Origin: a virus
Reading direction: 5' to 3' (one strand)
UHGV virus genome: UHGV-0193058
DNA length: 35,805 nucleotides
A program made the position numbers and the translations under genes. Positions 1 through 9,202 of this stretch are shown piece by piece. Numbering within the stretch: position 1 is the first letter of the stretch; each line of letters opens with the position of its first letter. Below the pieces are notes generated by a model. It was not told the DNA's origin. It did no database searches and saw only the letters and a program-made list of their open reading frames with translations.

Positions 1-1155
1 ATGAACATATTTAAATCTAAGAAGAAAAATAAAGAAGCTCCTGAAAGAATTGTAATGGAACTCATTTTAGATTTGGGAAACGGGTTTTATAGTTGGCATG
101 GCAATTTATATAGAAGCGATATTGTAAGAAGTATTATACGACCGAAGGCTAAAGCTGTTGGGAAAATGGCAGCTAAACATATTAGAAGTAATGAGACTGA
201 ATTTAAAACTAATCCAGAGCCTTACATTAAATTTTTGCTTGAAAATCCGAACCCATTTATGAGTGGGCAAATACTTCAAGAGAAGATGGTTACTCAATTA
301 GAGCTTAATAGCAATGCTTTTGCTGTGATTATTAAAGATGATGATAATATACCAACTCAAATTTACCCTTTGAATGCTTTAAATTTTGAAGCTATTTATG
401 AAGATAGAGTTTTGTTTTTAAAATTCTTACTTAGAAATGGAAAAGTAGTTACCTATCCATATTCGAACATAATCCATTTAAGAAAAGATTTTAACGAAAA
501 TGATTTATTTGGAACACCTCCAACTAAAGTACTTAAAGCGCTTATGGAAGTTGTAAATACAACAGACCAGGGAGTCGTGAAGGCTATTAAAAACAGCAAC
601 ACAATCAAATGGTTATTAAAATTTAAAACATCACTTCGACCTGACGATATTAAAAAAGAGGTCAAAGAGTTTGAAAAAAATTACTTACAAATAGACTCGG
701 AAGCAGGCGGAGCTGCCGCAACTGATTCAAAATATGATGCTGAACAGGTTAAAGCTGAGAGTTATGTTCCTAACGCCGCACAGATGGACAAAACTACACA
801 AAGATTATATTCGTTTTTTAATACAAATGAGAAAATAATTCAAAGTAAATATACCGAAGACGAATGGAATGCTTATTATGAGTCTGAAATTGAGCCAGTA
901 GGATTGCAACTATCTAAAGAATATACGCAAAAATTATTTACTAGAAAAGAAAGAAGTTTTGGAAATGAAATTATTTTTGAAGCTTCTAATTTACAGTATG
1001 CAAGTATGTCTACTAAATTGAATTTGGTTCAAATGGTTGATAGGGGTTCGCTTGCTCCGAACGAATGGCGTAAGATAATGAACCTTTCGCCAATAGAGGG
1101 CGGAGACAAGCCAGTTCGCCGATTAGATACTGCTATTGTGGAAGGGGGTGATTAA
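1..1155 (+). CDS. phage portal protein (HK97-family-like)
   Basis: 384-aa ORF directly upstream of the ClpP-like protease and capsid genes and downstream (circularly) of terL. The SD GGTGGTG at the window end lies 6 nt before ATG 1. Confidence 0.75.
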   Translation: MNIFKSKKKNKEAPERIVMELILDLGNGFYSWHGNLYRSDIVRSIIRPKAKAVGKMAAKHIRSNETEFKTNPEPYIKFLLENPNPFMSGQILQEKMVTQLELNSNAFAVIIKDDDNIPTQIYPLNALNFEAIYEDRVLFLKFLLRNGKVVTYPYSNIIHLRKDFNENDLFGTPPTKVLKALMEVVNTTDQGVVKAIKNSNTIKWLLKFKTSLRPDDIKKEVKEFEKNYLQIDSEAGGAAATDSKYDAEQVKAESYVPNAAQMDKTTQRLYSFFNTNEKIIQSKYTEDEWNAYYESEIEPVGLQLSKEYTQKLFTRKERSFGNEIIFEASNLQYASMSTKLNLVQMVDRGSLAPNEWRKIMNLSPIEGGDKPVRRLDTAIVEGGD

Positions 1156-1160
1156 ATTAA

Positions 1161-1898
1161 ATGGCTAGTGATAATTTGAAAGAATTTTTAAAAGTTAAAA
1201 GCTCTACAGAAACAAATGCAGATTTGTTTTTCTATGGTGATATTGTCTGTGATGAGTGGGATGCCTGGACAGAAGAAGACCAGTATCCACTTGCAATAAA
1301 AGATTTTTTAGCACAAGAACAGGGAAAAGATTTAAATATTTATATCAATTCCGGTGGTGGTTCTGTATTTGCAGGTATGGCAATATATAATATGCTAAAA
1401 AGGCACGAAGGATTTAAAACTGTTTATGTAGATGGTATTGCAGCGAGTATTGCGAGTGTTATAGCTTTAGCAGGTGATAGAGTTGTAATCCCTCAAAATG
1501 CCTATTTTATGATTCATAAGCCTTGGATAGGTTTATGTGGTGCTTATAATTCAGATAAATTAATTAAGGCGGCAGAGGATTTAGACAGAATAGAGGAAGG
1601 TATTTTAAATGTATATCAAGATAACTTAAAAGAAGAAATTGATATTGAAGAAATAAAAGAAAAGCTAAGTGAAGAAACTTGGTTTACTGGTAAAGAAGCA
1701 TCAAATTATTTTAATTTTGAAGTTGATGAGAAAAAAGAGGTTGCTGCTTGCGTGAGCGATTATTTTGATAAGTATAATAAAGTACCTCATGCTTTAAAAA
1801 ATAAAATAGATAAGACTAGTAATAAAAAAGAAAATAATAATAAAAAAAGAGTTCAGATGAAACTGGACTTATTAAAATTAGGGGGTTTAAATGACTAG
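1161..1898 (+). CDS. ClpP-family prohead serine protease
   Basis: Motifs GGSVFAGMAIYN, GIAASIASVIALAGD (Ser) and MIHKPW (His) are typical of ClpP-like phage head maturation proteases. It sits between the portal and capsid genes. Confidence 0.85.
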   Translation: MASDNLKEFLKVKSSTETNADLFFYGDIVCDEWDAWTEEDQYPLAIKDFLAQEQGKDLNIYINSGGGSVFAGMAIYNMLKRHEGFKTVYVDGIAASIASVIALAGDRVVIPQNAYFMIHKPWIGLCGAYNSDKLIKAAEDLDRIEEGILNVYQDNLKEEIDIEEIKEKLSEETWFTGKEASNYFNFEVDEKKEVAACVSDYFDKYNKVPHALKNKIDKTSNKKENNNKKRVQMKLDLLKLGGLND

Positions 1899-3159
1899 AG
1901 AAGAGTATTTTAAGAAAAGACAAGAAATGATAGACGAAGCACAAAAATTACTTGATGATGAAATTGGAGAAGAAGGAACAGGAGAAGAAAAGACGGAAGA
2001 AGCTGAAAAAATAGCTAATAAGATAAAAGCTTTAGATGAGGAATATGAAAGAAATGTAAAAGCTAGGGCGAATTTAAAAGCATTGCAGGATGATGTCAAA
2101 ATCGACCCTACTATTTTTAATTTAACTAATAACAAAGGTAAAATAGAAGGTATAGAAGACACAACTGTTAAGGATGAACAAGAACAATATAAAAATGCTT
2201 GGGCTAAAGATATGTTAGGAAAGCAGTTAAATTCAGAAGAACAGGAGATATTTAATAGTATTAACTCAGCATATAGAGCGGAAGTTCAAACAAGCGAAAA
2301 TAATACTATTTTAATCCCTAAAACTGTTGCTTCGGGTATATGGAAAGAAATTGGTGACATGTATCCGTTATTCGGAGATGCTTCTCCAACTTTTGTAGCA
2401 GGTGATTTGACGATTATAGCAGAAGAAGATGGTGGCGATGATGCTGCGTGGTATGATGAAGAAACAGAAGTTAAAGAGGATGGTTATAAGCTAAAGGAAA
2501 TAACCTTAAGAGGTTGTGAGCTTGCAAAAGATATAACTGTGTCGTGGAAATTGAAAAAAATGAGTATTGATGAATTTGTTCCATATATAACTACTTTATT
2601 GGCTGAAAAAATGGGTGCAGCATTGGCGAAAGCGATTGTAGATGGAAAAGGAAAACCGGGGGAAAGTGATTCTTTTAAACCTCAGCCGCTTGGAATAAAA
2701 ACTGCTTTAAGCAAGGAAGTTAGTAAGGCACAAATAATAGAATATACTGACAAGATAGCTTATACAGATATAACGAAATTGATGTCTGTTTTAAAGAAAT
2801 GGAGCAATGGAGCTTGTATTTATGCTAATAGCACAACTATATGGACACAATTAGCTGAAATATTAGATACAACTGGAAAGCCTATTTTTATCCCTGACGC
2901 TGCAAATAGTGACGGAGTTGGAAGGATGTTTGGCAGGGTTGTTAAAATGGATGACAGCATGGCAGATGGCGAGATTCTTGCTGGAAATATATCGAAAGGT
3001 TATGCGATAAATATAAATGAGAATGTAACTTTATATACAGATGAACATGTAAAAAGTAGAAAAACAGATTATTTAACTTATTCATTAGTTGATGGCAATG
3101 TTATAAGTAATAAAGCTTTTGGTATGATAGTTAAAAAAACTAGTGCAGTTGCGAAGTAG
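1891..3159 (+). CDS. major capsid protein (HK97 fold) with N-terminal coiled-coil scaffold/delta region
   Basis: 422 aa. The N-terminal 100 aa are charged and coiled-coil-like (scaffold), followed by a globular domain, immediately after the protease. This is the canonical HK97-like head module order. Confidence 0.75.
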   Translation: MTREEYFKKRQEMIDEAQKLLDDEIGEEGTGEEKTEEAEKIANKIKALDEEYERNVKARANLKALQDDVKIDPTIFNLTNNKGKIEGIEDTTVKDEQEQYKNAWAKDMLGKQLNSEEQEIFNSINSAYRAEVQTSENNTILIPKTVASGIWKEIGDMYPLFGDASPTFVAGDLTIIAEEDGGDDAAWYDEETEVKEDGYKLKEITLRGCELAKDITVSWKLKKMSIDEFVPYITTLLAEKMGAALAKAIVDGKGKPGESDSFKPQPLGIKTALSKEVSKAQIIEYTDKIAYTDITKLMSVLKKWSNGACIYANSTTIWTQLAEILDTTGKPIFIPDAANSDGVGRMFGRVVKMDDSMADGEILAGNISKGYAININENVTLYTDEHVKSRKTDYLTYSLVDGNVISNKAFGMIVKKTSAVAK

Positions 3160-3168
3160 GTGTTTTGA

Positions 3169-3456
3169 ATGATTGTGTCATTAGAAGAAATAAAAGAATA
3201 TTTGAGATTAGAGGCAGATTATAAAGAAGATGATAATCTGCTTTTGTCTCTTCTTAAAGCAGCAGAGGAGGATTTAGAAAATCGAACAGGAAAAGTTTTT
3301 AATGAAACTAACAAATCTGAACTTGTTAGTTTGTATGTAAAAATGTATGTTGCAGAGCAATATGAAAAAAGAGGTGCAACAGAAAGTAATAGCGAAAAAG
3401 TTAGATTTGTTTTAGAAAGTATAATATCTCAAATTTCTATATGTAGTAGGTATTAA
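3169..3456 (+). CDS. gp6-like head-tail connector protein
   Basis: 95 aa. The N-terminus SLEEIKEYLRLE...DDNLLLSLLKAAEEDLENRTG is typical of the phage gp6-like head-tail connector (DNA-packaging) family. It follows the capsid gene. Confidence 0.7.
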   Translation: MIVSLEEIKEYLRLEADYKEDDNLLLSLLKAAEEDLENRTGKVFNETNKSELVSLYVKMYVAEQYEKRGATESNSEKVRFVLESIISQISICSRY

Positions 3457-3459
3457 AAA

Positions 3460-3798
3460 ATGGATATTGGAAAATTAACTCAAAGAATAGATATACAAAT
3501 TTATGGAGAAATTGAAAACGACATAGGAGAGGTTACAAAGGGATGGGCTACTTATAAAAAACTTTGGGCTAACAAATCGTTGCTTAGAAATAGTAATAAT
3601 TATGTGTTAGATAAAGAAAATATAGAGTATTCTTACAGATTTAAAATAAGATATAGAACTGATATAACAGAAGCTATGAGAATAGTTTGTAATGATGTTG
3701 TCTATGATATAAAGCATGTAAATAATATAAAAGAGCTAAATAAATATGAAACAAATATTGATTGTATTCTTTATAAAGAAGGTGTTTACAATGAGTAA
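3460..3798 (+). CDS. head closure / head-tail adaptor protein
   Basis: 112-aa ORF in the conserved position after the gp6-like connector. Confidence 0.5.
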   Translation: MDIGKLTQRIDIQIYGEIENDIGEVTKGWATYKKLWANKSLLRNSNNYVLDKENIEYSYRFKIRYRTDITEAMRIVCNDVVYDIKHVNNIKELNKYETNIDCILYKEGVYNE

Positions 3799-4204
3799 TA
3801 CAGATTTTAATATGAATGGATTAGATGATTATACAAATAAACTATTTAAGCGTATTGTAAAAGAATACCCCAAGAAAGCTGAAAAGCTTATGAATATCAG
3901 CTTAGGAAAATGCAAAGGAGAAGCTATTGCAAGAACTCCGAAGTCAGATAAAAAGCCTAAAAAATACAAAAGAGCTAAGCACATGAAAGATAATTGGAAA
4001 ACTAAAACGCAGTCTAAAAATGGGAATTTTGTAGGTGTTTTAAAAAATAATTCTCCACATGCGCATCTAATAGAAAATGGCTGGGTAACAAAAAATGGAG
4101 GCTATGTCGAAGGAAAACATATGTTGCAACAAACGATGGAGCATCAGAGAGCGAAAATTGATAAAAGAATAGAAAAAATGGTTGATGAAACTTTTAATCT
4201 TTAG
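3791..4204 (+). CDS. neck / tail-completion protein (HK97 gp10-like position)
   Basis: The start was moved to ATG 3791 (MSNTDF...), preceded by AAGGTG. The upstream part of the track ORF overlaps the previous gene. Confidence 0.45.
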   Translation: MSNTDFNMNGLDDYTNKLFKRIVKEYPKKAEKLMNISLGKCKGEAIARTPKSDKKPKKYKRAKHMKDNWKTKTQSKNGNFVGVLKNNSPHAHLIENGWVTKNGGYVEGKHMLQQTMEHQRAKIDKRIEKMVDETFNL

Positions 4205-4215
4205 AGGGGGTAAGA

Positions 4216-4632
4216 GTGTTAAAAATTGTTTCTGTAAAAAAAGCTATAGTTGAAAAGCTTAAGTCTTTAAATATAAAAATAGTAGCAAATGAAATAAGGA
4301 GCGGGTTTGAAAAACCTGCTTTTTTTATTCAAATCATTCCTATTGAAATGGCTAGCGACCCAAGTTTTTCAAATAGTACATTACTTGTTAATATACATTA
4401 TTTTTCTAAAGAAAAGACAGAATTAGAAAATTTAAAAATGATTGATAAGCTTAATATATTATTTCAAGATTGTATTTTAGAAATTGAAGGGGGCAAATTG
4501 ACTATAGAAGAAAAAAGTGTAGAAATATATGAGAATGTTTTACAATACAAATTTAATTTGCAAGTAGTTGAAATTATAGAAGAAGACGAAAGTAAATATG
4601 AGCTTATGAAAGAGCTTGAAATGAATATTTAA
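4216..4632 (+). CDS. tail terminator / sheath-initiator-like structural protein
   Basis: GTG start after the SD GAGGGGG. It occupies the XkdI/J-like position before the sheath gene. Confidence 0.4.
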   Translation: MLKIVSVKKAIVEKLKSLNIKIVANEIRSGFEKPAFFIQIIPIEMASDPSFSNSTLLVNIHYFSKEKTELENLKMIDKLNILFQDCILEIEGGKLTIEEKSVEIYENVLQYKFNLQVVEIIEEDESKYELMKELEMNI

Positions 4633-4648
4633 AAAAGGAGGTTTTATT

Positions 4649-5716
4649 TTGGGATTACCAAGTGCGATAATTGAGTTTCAAAGACGTTCAAGGACTGTTA
4701 AATTTAGAAGTCGAAGAGGTATTGTAGCTTTAATACTTAAAGATTCAACAGCTATAAAGAAATCTTATTCTATCGATTTTTTAACGGATATAAATGAAAC
4801 TGAATTTACAAAAGAAAATTATGATTATATAAGGCTTGCATTTTTAGGAAAACCTAGCAAGGTTATTATTGAAGTTATTAATGATTCAGTTGATTCTGAA
4901 AGGTCTTTAGACGATGCTTTGAAAGCTTTAAGGGAGAATAAATTTAACTATTTAGCTATTCCTTTTATAAGTGAAGAAGTTGACAAAACTAAAATAGTTA
5001 ATTGGATAAAAACAGCTAGAAGGGAAAAAGAGATATACAAAGCTGTGTTGCCAAGCGTTACTAATGCTAACGAGAAGGCAATTATAAACTTCTCGACAAC
5101 AGGAATAAAAGTTGGCGAAAAAGTTTATACAACAGCAGAATACACAGCTAGAGTCGCAGGCATTTTGGCGGGCATATCGCTTTCAGAGAGCTGCACATAT
5201 TTTGTTTTAGATGAAGTTACAGAGATAGAACCTACTGAAAATCCTGACGAAGCTGTAGACGAAGGAAAACTAATTTTAATAAATAATAATGGGATAAGGA
5301 TAGCTAGGGGCGTAAACTCATTAATAACTTTAAGCAAAGAGGATACAGAAGACTTGAAGAAAATAAAAATAGTTGAAGCTATTGATATGATACAAGATGA
5401 TATTCTTCAAACCTGGAACGAAAATTATGTTGGTAAAGTAACTAATAAATATGATAATAAAATATTGTTTTTATCTGCTGTAAACAATTATTTTAAAGAG
5501 TTGCAACGTGATGAAGTACTTGACAACAGCCAAGAAGCTTATGCACAGATAGATATAGAAGCGCATAAAAAATATCTAAAAGAAAAAGGCATTGATTATA
5601 GCGAAATGACTGAACAGCAAATAAAAGAAGCTAATACAGGTTCTTATGTTTTTATAGAAGGAAACATCACTGTTACTGATGCTATGGAAGACTTGAAATT
5701 TAAAATATATATGTAA
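4649..5716 (+). CDS. tail sheath protein (XkdK-like)
   Basis: TTG start 7 nt after AAGGAGG. The 355-aa ORF precedes the tube gene, which is the PBSX/C. difficile myovirus order. Confidence 0.7.
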   Translation: MGLPSAIIEFQRRSRTVKFRSRRGIVALILKDSTAIKKSYSIDFLTDINETEFTKENYDYIRLAFLGKPSKVIIEVINDSVDSERSLDDALKALRENKFNYLAIPFISEEVDKTKIVNWIKTARREKEIYKAVLPSVTNANEKAIINFSTTGIKVGEKVYTTAEYTARVAGILAGISLSESCTYFVLDEVTEIEPTENPDEAVDEGKLILINNNGIRIARGVNSLITLSKEDTEDLKKIKIVEAIDMIQDDILQTWNENYVGKVTNKYDNKILFLSAVNNYFKELQRDEVLDNSQEAYAQIDIEAHKKYLKEKGIDYSEMTEQQIKEANTGSYVFIEGNITVTDAMEDLKFKIYM

Positions 5717-5729
5717 AGAAGGTGAATAG

Positions 5730-6179
5730 ATGGGCAAAGAAAATATCGTAGGAAGTAGTCAAATTTCCGGCACATGGGGAAAGCTTTGGTGGGATGGAAC
5801 TTTAATTGCTGAGGTGCTTAGTTTTGAAGCTAAAGTTACAGCAAATAGAGAAGAGATTCAGTTTGGAATGAGTAAAGATTCTAAAATAACATCGCTAAGC
5901 GGCGAAGGGACTGTAAAACTTGGAAAAGTGTATTCCAGGGGGAAGAAAAAATTATTGGAAGCTTGGAAAAATGGAGAAGACCCACGAAGCACACTTACAA
6001 GTAAGGTGAAAGACCCTAGCACACCTGGGAAACAAGCAGAAACAGTCACAATTAACAACGTGTGGTTTAATGAACTAGCTTTATCACAGTTTGAAAAGGG
6101 CGGAAAAATCGAAGAAGAGCTAAGCTTTGGATTTACACCAAACGATTCAGACGTGATGGACGAAATAGACGAAATTTAA
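5730..6179 (+). CDS. tail tube protein (XkdM-like)
   Basis: 149 aa, directly after the sheath gene and followed by an intrinsic terminator. Confidence 0.65.
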   Translation: MGKENIVGSSQISGTWGKLWWDGTLIAEVLSFEAKVTANREEIQFGMSKDSKITSLSGEGTVKLGKVYSRGKKKLLEAWKNGEDPRSTLTSKVKDPSTPGKQAETVTINNVWFNELALSQFEKGGKIEEELSFGFTPNDSDVMDEIDEI

Positions 6180-6205
6180 AGGATAGTTTTTACTATCCTT
6201 TTTTA
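6180..6205 (+). terminator. rho-independent terminator after tube gene
   Basis: AGGATAGT tttt ACTATCCT stem-loop followed by TTTTTT. Confidence 0.7.
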
Positions 6206-6225
6206 TATAATAGGAGGATTTTAAA

Positions 6226-6609
6226 ATGGATAATAAAAAAGAAATGGTAACAATAGAGGATATTTTAAGAAGAAAAGAATATTTTGCAAAGAAAAGTGAA
6301 GAAACCAAGCAATTATATATTCCTTCGCTTGATGGAAATATAGAGATTTCAAAGCCGGACAGGATGTTGTGTCTTGATGCAATAGAAATGGAAGACGCAG
6401 TCGAAGGAGATAAATATTTTGTATATGAAATTGTTAAAAGTCCGAATTTAAAGAGCGAAAAATTGCATGCTGAATTTGGATGTAAAGATAACCCACTTGA
6501 TATAGTCGATGTATTATTTGAAGCAGGTGAAATTACTGATATTGTCAAGATTGCAACAAAGTTTGCAGGGTTTGGGGTTGTAGAGGAAATTGAAGACTTA
6601 AAAAACTAA
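6226..6609 (+). CDS. tail assembly chaperone (XkdN-like, gpG analogue)
   Basis: 127-aa acidic protein between the tube and tape-measure genes. A slippery heptamer lies at its 3' end (see the 6627-6800 feature and finding). Confidence 0.6.
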   Translation: MDNKKEMVTIEDILRRKEYFAKKSEETKQLYIPSLDGNIEISKPDRMLCLDAIEMEDAVEGDKYFVYEIVKSPNLKSEKLHAEFGCKDNPLDIVDVLFEAGEITDIVKIATKFAGFGVVEEIEDLKN

Positions 6610-6626
6610 TTAAAAGCGATGTGGAA

Positions 6627-6800
6627 ATGCAAATGATTAGTCATTATCTAGAAAAAGGTGTCGATTTAGATAAATTAACTAATTTAAATATGATAGAAAA
6701 AAATTTTCACATCGCTTGTATGCTATATGAAGAAGAAGAAAAAATAAAACTTATTTCTGAGCTAATAGGTGCTATGTTTGGAGGTGTAAAAAATGGCTAG
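6627..6800 (+). CDS. tail assembly chaperone frameshift extension (gpGT-like -1 frame ORF)
   Basis: The -1 frame is open from 6594 through 6800 (MQMISHYLEKGVDLD...GGVKNG) and overlaps the tape-measure start by 8 nt. The heptamer A_AAA_AAC at 6600-6606 lies in the zero frame. Confidence 0.5.
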   Translation: MQMISHYLEKGVDLDKLTNLNMIEKNFHIACMLYEEEEKIKLISELIGAMFGGVKNG

Positions 6801-8547
6801 AAGGCATATAGGTGCAGTTATATCTCTAAAAGACAATATGAGTGCTACCATGAGGGGGATTAGAAGAGAGCAAAAACAATTTCAAAACGAGGTTAGACGG
6901 ACACGTAACGAGATGCGTTCGGCAAGTAGAGAGCGCATGCGCATAAGGATGGATGCAACTCCTGCACACAGGACTATACAAGATTTAAGGCGAAAATTTG
7001 CACCTCTTCGTACTAAACTCGTAAAAGCTGTTGTTATAAAAGATTTAGCAACTGAAAAGATAGAAAGAATAAAATCGAACGTAAAATCTTTTGGAAAATT
7101 TATTGCAAGACCTGTCGTAAAACTTAAAGATGAAACAAAAGGAATGATTGATAAAATAAAAAATCGGCTTACTAGTTTATCAACTATAGTTCCAGTTGGT
7201 GCTGCAGTTGGCGCTGCGGGTATGGCTGTTAAAAGTGGTATGGAACTAGAGCAACAACAAATAAGTATGCGTCATTTCATGGGAGTTGGAAACAAAGGAA
7301 AGTCTAGCAAAGAGCTTGATGGAATGAGCGCAAGCTATTTAAAAGATTTAAGAAATAATGCAAATGCGACACCATTTGAAACTGGAGAAGTTATATCAGC
7401 AGGAACTCGTTCTTTGCAAATAGCGGGTGGAAATACAAAAGATGCTATGCAGATGGTTAAACTAGCAGAGGACATGGCGGCGCTAAATCCAGGCAAGACC
7501 GTTGGAGATGCTATGGAAGCACTTGCGGACATGAACATTGGAGAAATGGCAAGACTTACGGAGTTTGGAGTTAAGGCAAGCAGTACAGACGACCCAAAGG
7601 AAGTACAAAAGAAACTTGAAACAATGTATGCAGGAGGAGCAAATAAGCTCGCTGAAAGTGGTTCGGGACTTCTTTCTACGATAATGGGTAAGTTAAAGTC
7701 TAATATCGCAGACATTGGGCTTGGCATGTTAGAACCTCTCAAACCGGTTATGACTGGCTTAATTGGATTTATAGACCAAGCTAGTCCTAAGATATTAGAG
7801 GTAGGTACAAAAATAACAAGTGGAATAGGTATGGCGATTGGATGGATACAGCAACAAATGCCAACTTTAGCTCCAATTTTTCAAACAGCTTTTGGAGCTG
7901 TATCTTCGATTGTATCAACTGTTGCCCCAATAATTGGTCAAGTTATAGGAGCTTTAAGCCCTGTTTTTATAGGATTGCTTTCTGTTGCTTCTTCTGCATT
8001 GTCAGGGATTGCTTCTGCTGTTAAAACTGTAGCTCCTGTTGTAAGTTCTTTAATTTCTAAGTTAGCGCCAATTTTTTTAAATGTTGGAAGTACTTTAAAA
8101 TCTATGGGTAAGATTTTTAAAAATGTTTTTGATAGTGTTATGAAAATAGTTAAAAAAGCGTCTGATTTCATAAAACCATTAGTCAATGGAATAATAGGTG
8201 CAACAAAAGGCATTAGTGATGGAGTTAGTTGGGTTGCTGGAAAACTGGCTGGAAATGCAACTGGAACGAAATATTGGTCGGGCGGACTTTCTGTCGTAGG
8301 CGAACATGGACCCGAACTTGTATCTATGCCACGTGGTAGCAAGGTTTTTACAAATGCAGAAAGTAAGTCTATGATTAATAAAAGTATTCCAAATTTTAGA
8401 CAAGTGCAAGGAGAAAACACAAATTATAATATAACAATTCCTAAAATTGCTGAACAAATAGTAATAAGAGAAGATGCTGACATTGAAAGAATAACATCAA
8501 GCTTAATAAAAAAAATACAAATGGCGAAAATGGGCGGTGTTGTTTAA
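6793..8547 (+). CDS. tail tape measure protein
   Basis: 584 aa with long Gly/Ala/Ser-rich hydrophobic segments (TIVPVGAAVGAAGMAV..., APIIGQVIGALSPVFIGLLSVASSALSGIASAV) typical of tape-measure proteins, in the canonical position. Confidence 0.85.
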   Translation: MARRHIGAVISLKDNMSATMRGIRREQKQFQNEVRRTRNEMRSASRERMRIRMDATPAHRTIQDLRRKFAPLRTKLVKAVVIKDLATEKIERIKSNVKSFGKFIARPVVKLKDETKGMIDKIKNRLTSLSTIVPVGAAVGAAGMAVKSGMELEQQQISMRHFMGVGNKGKSSKELDGMSASYLKDLRNNANATPFETGEVISAGTRSLQIAGGNTKDAMQMVKLAEDMAALNPGKTVGDAMEALADMNIGEMARLTEFGVKASSTDDPKEVQKKLETMYAGGANKLAESGSGLLSTIMGKLKSNIADIGLGMLEPLKPVMTGLIGFIDQASPKILEVGTKITSGIGMAIGWIQQQMPTLAPIFQTAFGAVSSIVSTVAPIIGQVIGALSPVFIGLLSVASSALSGIASAVKTVAPVVSSLISKLAPIFLNVGSTLKSMGKIFKNVFDSVMKIVKKASDFIKPLVNGIIGATKGISDGVSWVAGKLAGNATGTKYWSGGLSVVGEHGPELVSMPRGSKVFTNAESKSMINKSIPNFRQVQGENTNYNITIPKIAEQIVIREDADIERITSSLIKKIQMAKMGGVV

Positions 8548-9185
8548 TGGAAATGTGGCTTAGACAATCGAATGATTCTTTTAGATTCCCTATACTTCCG
8601 ACCTCTTTTGAAATAAGCGGAAATATAAATACAAGTACAACAAATGTGTTGAAACTTGGAGAAGTAATTGTTTGTGGGGGTATGGGACTTAGAACAACAG
8701 AGATAAACAGTTTTTTTCCAGGTGAACAATATCATTTTTGCAATTATAAAGATTTTCCACAACCATATGATTGTGTAAATAAATTGAAAAAGTGGATGGA
8801 GCAGGGGTTAATTTTAAGGTATATAATAACTGAAACTGATGTGAATATGGAGGTTATTATTGAAAGCTTCAAACATGGCAAGCAGGATGGTACAAACGAT
8901 GTTTACTTTACATTGAGTTTAAAAGAATATAAAAGAATTCAGATACCTAAAGTAAATACTAATAATGATGAAAAGTTATCTTCTGTAAAAGATGTGCCAC
9001 TGACAAAAGGATTTGAGGTTAAGAAACAAAGAACTCATAAGGTAAGTAAAGGTGACAGCCTTTGGAGTTTGGCAAAAAAATATTATGGTAATGGGGATTT
9101 GTGGAAGAAGATTTATGATGCAAATAAAAAATTAATTAAAAATCCTGACATCATCCAAGATGGTTGGGTATTGGTAATTCCATAG
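8547..9185 (+). CDS. LysM-domain tail protein (XkdP-like)
   Basis: C-terminal LysM motif HKVSKGDSLWSLAKKYYGNGDLWKKIYDANK...DGWVLVIP. Confidence 0.75.
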   Translation: MEMWLRQSNDSFRFPILPTSFEISGNINTSTTNVLKLGEVIVCGGMGLRTTEINSFFPGEQYHFCNYKDFPQPYDCVNKLKKWMEQGLILRYIITETDVNMEVIIESFKHGKQDGTNDVYFTLSLKEYKRIQIPKVNTNNDEKLSSVKDVPLTKGFEVKKQRTHKVSKGDSLWSLAKKYYGNGDLWKKIYDANKKLIKNPDIIQDGWVLVIP

Positions 9186-9202
9186 GCTGGAGGTGATTTA
9201 TA

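Noticed and set aside
3746-3790. Upstream extension of ORF 3746-4204 (MKQILIVFF...)
   Set aside because: It overlaps the end of the preceding gene and has no SD. ATG 3791 with AAGGTG is the better start.
7335-8457. Minus-strand ORFs 7335-7742, 7938-8420 and 8179-8457, and + strand 7842-8024, inside the tape measure gene
   Set aside because: They are antisense or alternate-frame to a well-supported long structural gene. Their composition is low-complexity (Ser/Phe/Ile/Cys-rich) and they have no SD. These are typical spurious ORFs in AT-rich DNA.
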